This document shows positions 27,865 to 36,579 of a DNA stretch of 64,000 bases, one piece after another. The stretch's first letter is position 1. Every line of letters begins with the position of its first letter. A program made the translations under genes and the position numbers. The notes beneath the pieces are model-generated. The model saw only the letters and a list, made by a program, of their open reading frames with translations. It was not told the DNA's origin and did no database searches. The stretch comes from Candidatus Latescibacterota bacterium. Its GTDB lineage: Bacteria; Latescibacterota; UBA2968; GCA-2709665. The stretch lies in assembly GCA_963667175.2 (NCBI GenBank), contig CAXXXF010000015.1:416001-480000 (forward strand), read 5' to 3'.

Positions 27865-30351
27865 ATGTCCGAACTCCCGCAGTCTCGTCCGTTAAATCAA
27901 GCCCGCCGCACGCTTACCGCACCTTCTATCATCGCCGCTGTATTCCTGGGCCTCCACCTCGTGCCGCTCTTCTGGCGTCCTGACTTGCTATGGGGCGCCG
28001 ACTTCCTGCGCTATATGCCAGCGCCATCACGGGGCCTCTTCACTCTGCTGGCCGTCCTGCTGTTTGTTCCCCGCTTCCGCCTCCAATGCCGCGCCTGGGC
28101 GCGGCGTGTGTCATTGTCGCTCTGGGAAGGGGGCCGCCGCGTCTGGATCACCAGGACCCTGGTGTTGATCCTCGCCCTGGCCGCGTTCGTCGCGCTACCA
28201 TCCGCAACGCACTTCCTCGGCGACGGGTACACCGTTCTCGATAAACTCAATGCGGCCGCCTGGCACGACGCGTTCGTGGCGCCACTCACGTACGCCCTCA
28301 TAGACTCCCTTCATGGCGCAGGCAGTCGTCTGTGGCAATCTGCGGACAACACGTACCGCGTTTATAGCTGCGCGTCCGGAATTCTTTATGTTCTCCTCGC
28401 CTTCCCGGTCGCTGCCACCATCGGGAAGAGTGCCATGGAAAAGTCCGTCGTTCTGGCCTTCCTGCTCACTGCAGGCTACCTTCAGCTGTTCTTCGGGTAC
28501 GTGGAGAATTACGCCCTCTACATGCCCGGCGTACTCGGCTACCTCCTCCTGGGACTGCGCACACTCGAAGGCCGAATGCCGCTGTGCGTTCCGGCGCTGG
28601 CGCTGGGCATTCTGCCCATCCTGCATCGGGCCATGGCCGTCTTCGCGCCGTCTATTCTTGTTATCGCCTATGGCGTGTACCTTCGCCGAGAGAGAGAGGC
28701 CCCATCCCGAAAAAACGGGATCACAACCCTCGCGGCGCTTCTCTGCGTCCCAACCTGCGCGGCGCTTTTCTTATGGCTTAGCGGCGTCGACGCGGAGGCC
28801 TACCTCACCCGGAAAGGCAGCAGCGAGTTTCTGCCCCTGTTTGGCGACCCAGGGTTTTACGCGCAATACCGCGTCTTTTCCTTCGCGCACGTACTGGACT
28901 TTCTGAACCTGCAACTGCTCTCGGCCCCGGCGGCATGCATGGTTCTGTTCCTGCTGCGCAAAGGAGACTTCAAACGTCAGCCCTTTCTCGCCTCGGCATC
29001 GGTCCTGCCGCTATTGTTCACTTTCGCCGCCAAGCCCAACATCGGCGCGTTTCGGGACTGGGATATCTTCTCCCTACCTGCGCTGCCGTTAACGTTGTGG
29101 GCAGTCTCTGCGTTCTTGGGACGGGTTCAGGACCCAGACCGCCGGTTCCACGTCGTTCTGCTCTTCTGTGGCGCTGCGGCCCTGCATACGGTACTCTGGA
29201 TCACCATGAACGCCAACGCCGCGGCGGCGGAAGCCCGGTTCACCCGCCAGCTGGAACGGCTCACGGGCCACGCCAGCGCTACCGGCTGGGTGACCGCGGG
29301 TAACTTCCATAAACGGGAGGACAACGAACCGGCAGCCCTCTATGCCTACAAGCGTGCGCTGGATGCAGATCCCGATAACCCCAATCGTTGGTTGCTCGTG
29401 GGCGGCGCCTACAGAGATATGAAGCGGTCAGCAGACGCGATCGAATACTTCGGGAGAGCACAGGAACTCCAACCGAACCACCCGATTCCATACATGAACC
29501 TCGGCGCGGCGTACAGCGATCTCGGACAGTTCGAAAAAGCAATCGAGCACACCACGAAAGCCATTACGCTACGACCGGATCTGGCGCCGGCGCACAGGAA
29601 TCTCGGCAAAATCTACCATACGTCCGGAAACCTCGAAAAAGCCGTTGAACATCTCGAAAGAGCCGTGGCGCTTGGGCCGAACGACGCCGCGGCAGAGGCG
29701 CATCTCGGCGTCGTTTACTTTGACGCCGGACAGAATGAAAAAGCGATACGTCACCTTGAAAATGCCATCGCGTTACGACCCCGCCATACCCCCACGTTGG
29801 TGAACCTGGCCCTGACCTACAGCCACGCGGGGCAGAACGACCGGGCGATCGAACTCCTTAAAGAAGCGATTGCCATTCAGCCTGAACTCGCAGCGGCCCA
29901 TGCGAACCTGGGCGGCATATACAGCAGAATCGGACAGTACGAAATGGGCATCCAATACCTCTCCAGAGCCCTTGAGATCCAACCCGATCACCCGCTCGCC
30001 AATCAGAATCTCGGCATGGCGCACAGAGCCCAGGGCCGTTACGCGGAAGCGATTGAACACTTCAAGAAAGCGCTCGAACTTCAATCCGGTAGCGGCGACG
30101 CACAAACGTACCTGAATATTGGCGACACGTACTACGACATGGGCCAGTACGAAAAGGCGATCCCTTATTTCCTGGAAGTCGCTGAACGGCATCCCAACGT
30201 AGCGAACGCGCACATGTTGTTGGGTCTGGCCTACCGCAGATTGAACCGCATGGACGAAGCCAGGCCCCATTTTGAGAAAACCCTGGAACTCGAGCCCGAC
30301 CATCCGCAGGCCGCTCAGATCAGACTGTGGCTGGAGCAGATCCGCGAATAG
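27865..30351 (+). CDS. Polytopic membrane protein with a long C-terminal TPR array
   Basis: ~450 hydrophobic N-terminal residues, then about 10 repeats of NLG.AY...G....AI......AL...P. Confidence 0.85.
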   Translation: MSELPQSRPLNQARRTLTAPSIIAAVFLGLHLVPLFWRPDLLWGADFLRYMPAPSRGLFTLLAVLLFVPRFRLQCRAWARRVSLSLWEGGRRVWITRTLVLILALAAFVALPSATHFLGDGYTVLDKLNAAAWHDAFVAPLTYALIDSLHGAGSRLWQSADNTYRVYSCASGILYVLLAFPVAATIGKSAMEKSVVLAFLLTAGYLQLFFGYVENYALYMPGVLGYLLLGLRTLEGRMPLCVPALALGILPILHRAMAVFAPSILVIAYGVYLRREREAPSRKNGITTLAALLCVPTCAALFLWLSGVDAEAYLTRKGSSEFLPLFGDPGFYAQYRVFSFAHVLDFLNLQLLSAPAACMVLFLLRKGDFKRQPFLASASVLPLLFTFAAKPNIGAFRDWDIFSLPALPLTLWAVSAFLGRVQDPDRRFHVVLLFCGAAALHTVLWITMNANAAAAEARFTRQLERLTGHASATGWVTAGNFHKREDNEPAALYAYKRALDADPDNPNRWLLVGGAYRDMKRSADAIEYFGRAQELQPNHPIPYMNLGAAYSDLGQFEKAIEHTTKAITLRPDLAPAHRNLGKIYHTSGNLEKAVEHLERAVALGPNDAAAEAHLGVVYFDAGQNEKAIRHLENAIALRPRHTPTLVNLALTYSHAGQNDRAIELLKEAIAIQPELAAAHANLGGIYSRIGQYEMGIQYLSRALEIQPDHPLANQNLGMAHRAQGRYAEAIEHFKKALELQSGSGDAQTYLNIGDTYYDMGQYEKAIPYFLEVAERHPNVANAHMLLGLAYRRLNRMDEARPHFEKTLELEPDHPQAAQIRLWLEQIRE

Positions 30352-30389
30352 ACTCTTCTATTGCAACTAAGATAGGTACATTTCCGATC

Positions 30390-30433
30390 AGAATAAAAAG
30401 ACGGGACAACGCGCCTTATGAGTGCATTGTCCC
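30390..30433 (-). terminator. Rho-independent terminator at the distal end of the array (hairpin repeated in every unit)
   Basis: Minus strand GGGACAATGCAC-TCATAAG-GCGCGTTGTCCC followed by GTCTTTTTATTC. Confidence 0.6.
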
Positions 30434-30473
30434 GATATGTCTTTTGCGGTAAAGGGTATTTCGGGGATGAGAG

Positions 30474-30848
30474 TCAGTCCTGCTCCTGATCCAACACGCG
30501 ACCGAACGCCTCGACGCCGGATACCCGCACCGCCGCGCGGTGCAACTGTTTCAGACGCTGTACGTCGTCGATTTCCGCAACGCGAACCGTCAGTGGATGC
30601 GACCCAGGCAGATTGAATCGAACCTCCAGGACCGCGAGGATGCTGTCCCGAAGCCCCTGCTCGATCCCCTGTTCAATCCCTTGCTCGATCCCCTGTTCGA
30701 TCCCCTGCTCAATCCCTCGCTCGATCCCTTGCTCGATCCCCTGTTCAATCCCTTGCTCGATCCCTCGCTCAATCCCCTGTTCGATCCCCTGCTCTTTGGC
30801 TTCACGCGTGAGATATCGGGCAAAGGACGATTCGCGGATGAGATCCAT
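30474..30848 (-). CDS. Stand-alone Rpn C-terminal module (RpnS-like), 11 GIE(Q/R) repeats, 124 aa
   Basis: AAGGAGG-N5-ATG; nearly identical to the C-terminus of the full-length Rpn copies. Confidence 0.8.
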   Translation of the reverse strand: MDLIRESSFARYLTREAKEQGIEQGIERGIEQGIEQGIEQGIERGIEQGIEQGIEQGIEQGIEQGLRDSILAVLEVRFNLPGSHPLTVRVAEIDDVQRLKQLHRAAVRVSGVEAFGRVLDQEQD

Positions 30849-30881
30849 GATGCCCTCCTTGTGGTAAGGCGCCGTGTAGAC

Positions 30882-30909
30882 AAGATACCGGATCAGGACC
30901 GAATGTCAA
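30882..30909 (-). promoter_or_regulatory. sigma70-like promoter present in each array unit (unit 1 copy given)
   Basis: Minus strand TTGACA-N16-TATCTT (TTGACT in units 2 and 3), ~35 nt upstream of the ATG. Confidence 0.6.
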
Positions 30910-30990
30910 TGAACGAGACGGGACAACGCGCCTTATGAGTGCATTGTCCCGATATGTCTTTTGCGGTAAAGGGTATTTCGGGGATGAGAG

Positions 30991-31293
30991 TCAGTCCTGC
31001 TCCTGATCCAACACGCGACCGAACGCCTCGACGCCGGATACCCGCACCGCCGCGCGATGCAACTGTTTCAGACGCTGTACGTCGTCGATTTCCGCAACGC
31101 GAGCCGTCAGTGGATGCGACCCAGATAGATTGAATCGAACCTCCAGGACCGCGAGGATGCTGTCCCGAAGACCCTGCTCGATCCCCTGTTCAATCCCTCG
31201 CTCGATCCCCTGCTCGATCCCCTGTTCGATCCCCTGCTCTTTGGCTTCACGCGTGAGATATCGGGCAAAGGACGATTCGCGGATGAGATCCAT
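30991..31293 (-). CDS. Stand-alone RpnS-like protein, 5 repeats, 100 aa
   Basis: Same SD and sequence as the other units. Confidence 0.8.
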   Translation of the reverse strand: MDLIRESSFARYLTREAKEQGIEQGIEQGIERGIEQGIEQGLRDSILAVLEVRFNLSGSHPLTARVAEIDDVQRLKQLHRAAVRVSGVEAFGRVLDQEQD

Positions 31294-31435
31294 GATGCCC
31301 TCCTTGTGGTAAGGCGCCGTGTAGACAAGATACCGGATCAGGACCGAAAGTCAATGAACGAGACGGGACAACGCGCCTTATGAGTGCATTGTCCCGATAT
31401 GTCTTTTGCGGTAAAGGGTATTTCGGGGATGAGAG

Positions 31436-31726
31436 TCAGTCCTGCTCCTGATCCAACACCCGACCGAACGCCTCGACGCCGGATACCCGCACCGCCGCGC
31501 GGTGCAACTGTTTCAGACGCTGTACGTCGTCGATTCCCGCAACGCGAGCCGTCAGTGGATGCGACCCAGGCAGATTGAATCGAACCTCCAGGACCGCGAG
31601 GATGCTGTCCCGAAGACCCTGCTCAATCCCTTGCTCGATCCCCTGTTCGATCCCCTGTTCGATCCCCTGCTCTTTGGCTTCACGCGTGAGATATCGGGCA
31701 AAGGACGATTCGCGGATGAGATCCAT
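31436..31726 (-). CDS. Stand-alone RpnS-like protein, 4 repeats, 96 aa
   Basis: Same SD and sequence as the other units. Confidence 0.8.
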   Translation of the reverse strand: MDLIRESSFARYLTREAKEQGIEQGIEQGIEQGIEQGLRDSILAVLEVRFNLPGSHPLTARVAGIDDVQRLKQLHRAAVRVSGVEAFGRVLDQEQD

Positions 31727-31868
31727 GATGCCCTCCTTGTGGAAAGGCGCCGTGTAGACAAGATACCGGATCAGGACCGAAAGTCAATGAACGAGACGGG
31801 ACAACGCGCCTTATGAGTGCATTGTCCCGATATGTCTTTTGCGGTAAAGGGTATTTCGAGAATGGGAG

Positions 31869-32219
31869 TCAGTCCTGCTCCTGATCCAACACGCGACCGA
31901 ACGCCTCGACGCCGGATACCCGCACCGCCGCGCGGTGCAACTCCTTCAGACGCTGTACGTCGTCGATTTCCGCAACGCGAACCGTCAGTGGATGCGACCC
32001 AGGCAGATTGAATCGAACCTCCAGGACCGCGAGGATGCTGTCCCGAAGCCCCTGCTCGATCCCCTGTTCAATCCCTTGCTCGATCCCCTGTTCAATCCCT
32101 TGCTCGATCCCCTGCTCGATCCCCTGTTCGATCCCTCGCTCAATCCCCTGTTCGATCCCTCGCTCTTTGGCTTCACGCGTGAGATATCGGGCAAAGGACG
32201 ATTCGCGGATGAGATCCAT
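31869..32219 (-). CDS. Stand-alone RpnS-like protein, 9 repeats, 116 aa
   Basis: Same SD and sequence as the other units. Confidence 0.8.
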   Translation of the reverse strand: MDLIRESSFARYLTREAKERGIEQGIERGIEQGIEQGIEQGIEQGIEQGIEQGIEQGLRDSILAVLEVRFNLPGSHPLTVRVAEIDDVQRLKELHRAAVRVSGVEAFGRVLDQEQD

Positions 32220-32361
32220 GATGCCCTCCTTGTGGTAAGGCGCCGTGTAGACAAGATACCGGATCAGTACCGAATGTCAATGAACAAGACGGGACAACGC
32301 GCCTTATGAGTGCATTGTCCCGATATGTGTTATGCGGTAAAGGGTATTTCGGGGATGAGAG

Positions 32362-33327
32362 TCAGTCCTGCTCCTGATCCAACACCCGACCGAACGCCTC
32401 GACGCCGGATACCCGCACCGCCGCGCGATGCAGTTCCTTCAGACGCTGGACGTCGTCGATTCCCGCAACGCGAACCGTCAGGGGATGCGACCCAGATAGA
32501 TTGAATCGAACCTCCAGGACCGCGAGGATGCTGTCCCGAAGACCCTGCTCAATCCCCTGCTCAATCCCCTGTTCGATCCCTCGCTCGATCCCTTGCTCAA
32601 TCCCTTGCTCGATCCCCTGCTCGATCCCCTGCTCTTTGGCTTCACGCGTGAGATATCGGGCAAAGGACGATTCGCGGATGAGATCCATGATGCCCTCCTT
32701 CAAAATGACGTCAGAAATGACCTCCGGCGCGTACACCAGCCCGCTCAGCACTGACATCCCAGCCAGGTAATCGGCCTTTGCAGGCGCAGCGATCGACCGC
32801 GCGTTCGCCAGGTGGATACAGCGGCGTAACCACGCGCCTGATCCCATGCCTTCAGGCGGCTTCATCAACGGCGTAAACGCCATCACTCCGACGTGTCCCG
32901 CATTGAGCACGCCCTGACCATCCAGCTCGCTCAGCCGAATCACCCGGTACTGTACATGAACCCGGTGACCGGATTCCGATTGCAGATACTGTCCAGGATC
33001 CCGCTCTCCCGCGTCCGGGCGCAGGTAGATGACGCTGGAAAAAACCGGCACGCCGTGCCGCTCAATGGCGCGACCGATATAGCCTGCCATGCGGCGCGGC
33101 ATAGGCGGATCGATGCTGTCCGACGTCTGAAATTCGTTGTGGACCAATGCCTCCGCGCCGTCGATACGGACGCGAATGAGGCTGTCCGCGCGCCGTGCCG
33201 AGACCGTGGGCTGCTCGGTATCGATAACTTCGAGCACTTCAACGTCTTCTCGCCCGAGCGTGAAACCGGCGACGTCGCCGGGATAGGTTTGAATCAGGTA
33301 CTTGGAAATCGCATCGAATTCTGCCAT
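32362..33327 (-). CDS. Full-length Rpn-family (YhgA-like / PD-(D/E)xK) nuclease, 7 repeats; internal RpnS start at 32688
   Basis: FDAISKYL, RRADSL, VHNEFQT, MPRRMAGY, VIYL, YRVIRL; in-frame AAGGAGGGCATCATG. Confidence 0.85.
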   Translation of the reverse strand: MAEFDAISKYLIQTYPGDVAGFTLGREDVEVLEVIDTEQPTVSARRADSLIRVRIDGAEALVHNEFQTSDSIDPPMPRRMAGYIGRAIERHGVPVFSSVIYLRPDAGERDPGQYLQSESGHRVHVQYRVIRLSELDGQGVLNAGHVGVMAFTPLMKPPEGMGSGAWLRRCIHLANARSIAAPAKADYLAGMSVLSGLVYAPEVISDVILKEGIMDLIRESSFARYLTREAKEQGIEQGIEQGIEQGIERGIEQGIEQGIEQGLRDSILAVLEVRFNLSGSHPLTVRVAGIDDVQRLKELHRAAVRVSGVEAFGRVLDQEQD

Positions 33328-33484
33328 GCAGGATGCCCGGGGAACTCTGGGAGAATGGTAAGGCGCCGTGTAGACAAGATACCGGATCAGGACCGAATGT
33401 CAATGAACAAGACGGGACAACGCGCCTTATGAGTGCATTGTCCCGATATGTGTTATGCGGTAAAGGGTATTTCGGGGATGAGAG

Positions 33485-34474
33485 TCAGTCCTGCTCCTGA
33501 TCCAACACCCGGTCGAACGCCTCGACGCCGGATACCCGCACCGCCGCGCGATGCAACTGTTTCAGACGCTGTACGTCGTCGATTTCCGCAACGCGAACCG
33601 TCAGTGGATGCGACCCAGGCAGATTGAATCGAACCTCCAGGACCGCGAGGATGCTGTCCCGAAGACCCTGCTCGATCCCCTGTTCAATTCCCTGTTCGAT
33701 CCCTCGCTCAATCCCTTGCTCGATCCCCTGCTCAATCCCTTGCTCGATCCCTCGCTCGATCCCCTGCTCGATCCCTTGCTCTTTGGCTTCACGCGTGAGA
33801 TATCGGGCAAAGGACGATTCGCGGATGAGATCCATGATGCCCTCCTTCAAAATGACGTCAGAAATGACCTCCGGCGCGTACACCAGCCCGCTCAGCACTG
33901 ACATCCCAGCCAGGTAATCGGCCTTTGCAGGCGCAGCGATCGACCGCGCGTTCGCCAGGTGGATACAGCGGCGTAACCACGCGCCGGATCCCATGCCTTC
34001 AGGCGGCTTCATCAACGGCGTAAACGCGATCACTCCCACGTGTCCCGCATCGAGCACGCCCTGGCCATCCAGCTCGCTCAGCCGAATCACCCGGTACTGT
34101 ACATGAACCCGGTGACCGGATTCCGATTGCAGATACTCTCCAGGATCCCGCTCTCCCGCGTCCGGGCGCAGGTAGATGACGCTGGAAAAAACCGGCACGC
34201 CATGCCGCTCAATGGCGCGACCGATATAGCCTGCCATGCGACGCGGCATAGGCGGATCGATGCTGTCCGTCGTCTGAAATTCGTTGTGGACCAATGCCTC
34301 CGCGCCGTCGATACGGACGCGAATGAGGCTGTCCGCGCGCCGTGCCGAGACCGTGGGCTGCTCGGTATCGATAACTTCGAGCACTTCAACGTCTTCTCGC
34401 CCGAGCGTGAAACCGGCGACGTCGCCGGGATAGGTTTGAATCAGGTATTTGGAAATCGCATCGAATTCTGCCAT
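33485..34474 (-). CDS. Full-length Rpn-family nuclease, 9 repeats; internal RpnS start at 33835
   Basis: Near-identical to 32362-33327, same motifs and same internal SD. Confidence 0.85.
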   Translation of the reverse strand: MAEFDAISKYLIQTYPGDVAGFTLGREDVEVLEVIDTEQPTVSARRADSLIRVRIDGAEALVHNEFQTTDSIDPPMPRRMAGYIGRAIERHGVPVFSSVIYLRPDAGERDPGEYLQSESGHRVHVQYRVIRLSELDGQGVLDAGHVGVIAFTPLMKPPEGMGSGAWLRRCIHLANARSIAAPAKADYLAGMSVLSGLVYAPEVISDVILKEGIMDLIRESSFARYLTREAKEQGIEQGIERGIEQGIEQGIEQGIERGIEQGIEQGIEQGLRDSILAVLEVRFNLPGSHPLTVRVAEIDDVQRLKQLHRAAVRVSGVEAFDRVLDQEQD

Positions 34475-34631
34475 GCAGGATGCCCGGGGAACTCTGGGAG
34501 AATGGTAAGGCGCCGTGTAGACAAGATACCGGATCAGGACCGAATGTCAATGAACAAGACGGGACAACGCGCCTTATGAGTGCATTGTCCCGATATGTCT
34601 TTTGCGGTAAAGGGTATTTCGGGGATGAGAG

Positions 34632-34910
34632 TCAGTCCTGCTCCTGATCCAACACCCGACCGAACGCCTCGACGCCGGATACCCGCACCGCCGCGCGGTG
34701 CAACTGTTTCAGACGCTGTACGTCGTCGATTCCCGCGCCGCGAGCCGTCAGTGGATGCGACCCAGGCAGATTGAATCGAACCTCCAGGACCGCGAGGATG
34801 CTGTCCCGAAGCCCTTGCTCAATCCCCTGTTCGGTCCCTCGCTCGATCCCCTGCTCTTTGGCTTCACGCGTGAGATATCGGGCAAAGGACGATTCGCGGA
34901 TGAGATCCAT
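34632..34910 (-). CDS. Stand-alone RpnS-like protein, 3 repeats, 92 aa
   Basis: First unit in transcription order; same SD. Confidence 0.8.
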   Translation of the reverse strand: MDLIRESSFARYLTREAKEQGIERGTEQGIEQGLRDSILAVLEVRFNLPGSHPLTARGAGIDDVQRLKQLHRAAVRVSGVEAFGRVLDQEQD

Positions 34911-35146
34911 GATGCCCTCCTTGTGGTAAGGCGCCGTGTAGACAAGATACCGGATCAGGACCGAATGTCAATTGCATCCGGGAGATTTCCGCTAAATTCA
35001 TTCCCGGACACCGGCGCGGATTCCAACCGCAGCCCCCGATATCCAGGTGGGTCCGGGATTTTCTTTCTGTGAATCCACGATCAGCGTCCCGCCTCCTCCG
35101 ATTCCCCCTGCTACTAGCCACACCACGTGCCAGATCGGCCGCCGTA

Positions 35147-35203
35147 TTATGTCATTATGTCATTATGTCATATTATAGCAGATGATATGCCATTTTGGCA
35201 TAT
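35147..35203. promoter_or_regulatory. Candidate enhancer (activator-binding) sites upstream of the sigma54 promoter
   Basis: (TTATGTCA)x3 at 35147-35170 and palindrome ATATGCCA-TTT-TGGCATAT at 35185-35203. Confidence 0.45.
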
Positions 35204-35321
35204 ATTGCCCGTCAAATTACGGCTGTTGCATCGTTCAGGTGATTTGACTCCGCCGGCCGAATTTTCATAACGATATATATTACATAAATTTATTTTTATT
35301 TTCGATCGGGTCGAGCAAATT

Positions 35322-35336
35322 TGGCACGGGGCTTGC
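35322..35336 (+). promoter_or_regulatory. sigma54 (-24/-12) promoter of hsp20
   Basis: TGGCACG-GGGC-TTGC matches the TGGCACG-N4-TTGC consensus; AT-rich tract just upstream. Confidence 0.75.
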
Positions 35337-35437
35337 GAATAGACGTTGGCACAGGCTAGAGGGCGAGCAGGCAGTTCTCGAGACCCGACGTAAAATCCGT
35401 TCGTCGGGAAAACCGTAATCAAAAAGGAGGATTTACC

Positions 35438-35872
35438 ATGACACTCACCAGGTGGCAACCCAGGCGGCGCTTCGGGCTCGTTCCCGAGATCGACCGGTTC
35501 TTCGACAGCTTCTGGAGAGGCCCGCAGCACGATTTCCCCGCGCTGTCCACGTGGCGTCCGGCGACCGACGTGCAGGAGACCGACACGGACCTGCTGGTCC
35601 ACGTTGAGCTTCCCGGTCTGTCCAAGAAGGACATCAAGGTCAACATGGACAACGGCGTGTTGTCGGTTCAGGGCGAGAAGCAGCACGCGTCCGAGGAGAA
35701 GGAGAACCGGTACCACGTGTCGGAGCGGACCTACGGCCGCTTTGCCCGGTCGTTCACGCTTCCGTCCGAAGTGGACGCGGACAAGATCAAGGCCGGATTC
35801 GAGAACGGCGTGCTCACGCTGACCCTTCCGAAGCTGAAGGCGGCCACGCCACAGGCGATCGAGATCGCGTGA
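35438..35872 (+). CDS. Hsp20/alpha-crystallin small heat-shock protein
   Basis: ELPGL.K.DI.V, ERTYGRFARSFTLP, FENGVLTLTLPK; AAGGAGG RBS. Confidence 0.95.
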   Translation: MTLTRWQPRRRFGLVPEIDRFFDSFWRGPQHDFPALSTWRPATDVQETDTDLLVHVELPGLSKKDIKVNMDNGVLSVQGEKQHASEEKENRYHVSERTYGRFARSFTLPSEVDADKIKAGFENGVLTLTLPKLKAATPQAIEIA

Positions 35873-35880
35873 CATTGAGC

Positions 35881-35931
35881 GCCAACTAAAAAAGGACCGA
35901 CGGCAGAATCGTCGGTCCTTTTTTAGTTGGC
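35881..35931. terminator. Bidirectional Rho-independent terminator
   Basis: GCCAACTAAAAAAGGACCGACG-gcagaat-CGTCGGTCCTTTTTTAGTTGGC between convergent genes. Confidence 0.85.
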
Positions 35932-36249
35932 AGCAATCAGCAATAAGCGTTCAGTTTGAAGCAAAACCAACCCATTAACGTCAGCGCAGTGATGTGGCAG
36001 GACCGGAACGCGCGCAGACCTCTCCCCCCGGCCCCTCAAAAGCGGTGAGAGGGTAGACGTCAGACGGGAGATATTGTCTGCCCCGTGCGGGTTCATCTCT
36101 TGCCAGAGGCATAACGGACGAACCAATCGGGCGGGGACGTCATCTACCGTCTTGCGTCTCACGTCTCATCCGGAAGGGGGGAGAGGGGGAGTGACAGCAG
36201 GCGTCTATCGAGCGAAGACAGGTCGCCCGCTGTGCAGGAGGAGACAGAG

Positions 36250-36579
36250 TCAGGATTCGAGTTCCAGTGCGATGGCAAGCGCATTGTCGAGCGCCCGGAC
36301 CTTGTGGCGAGACAGAGTTCCGATAAAGTGGGTCAACGTGGACTTTGAAATACTGACCAACTGGTCGCAGAAAATGCTGCTCTCATGCTTGAGACCCTCG
36401 CCCACGCCGACAGGCACCTGCGTAGAAAGCCCATCGCGGGAGGAAAATACCGGAGCGCAGACAACGGTCGAGAACTTCGAATCAATGAGGGCCTGGCGGC
36501 TGACGACCACGAACACCCGGTAGTCTCGAGGGTCCTCGCGCGATCCCCTGTAAACACGATATAGTTCACCGCGTGTCAC
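36250..36579 (-). CDS. mazF: MazF/PemK-family toxin
   Basis: [34 protein letters not shown]...IG.L. Confidence 0.88.
   Translation of the reverse strand: MTRGELYRVYRGSREDPRDYRVFVVVSRQALIDSKFSTVVCAPVFSSRDGLSTQVPVGVGEGLKHESSIFCDQLVSISKSTLTHFIGTLSRHKVRALDNALAIALELES

Larger units (their letters stand above)
30400..34972 (-). repeat. Seven-unit tandem array of rpn / rpnS-like cassettes
   Basis: Units begin GACGGGACAACGCGCC at 30400, 30917, 31362, 31795, 32288, 33411 and 34558; lengths 517, 445, 433, 493, 1123, 1147 and ~415 bp. Confidence 0.95.

Noticed and set aside
32362-34474. Full-length Rpn genes as IS transposases
   Set aside because: No terminal inverted repeats or target duplications around the units; the family's transposase label is historical.
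30422-34774. Seven 64-aa plus-strand ORFs (MHCPDM...) and Cys-rich PCSI-repeat ORFs
   Set aside because: Antisense shadows of the rpnS frame; no RBS; recurrence is explained by the duplication itself.
30400-34972. Array as a CRISPR locus
   Set aside because: Units are 0.4-1.1 kb coding duplicates with no unique spacers, and no cas genes are present.
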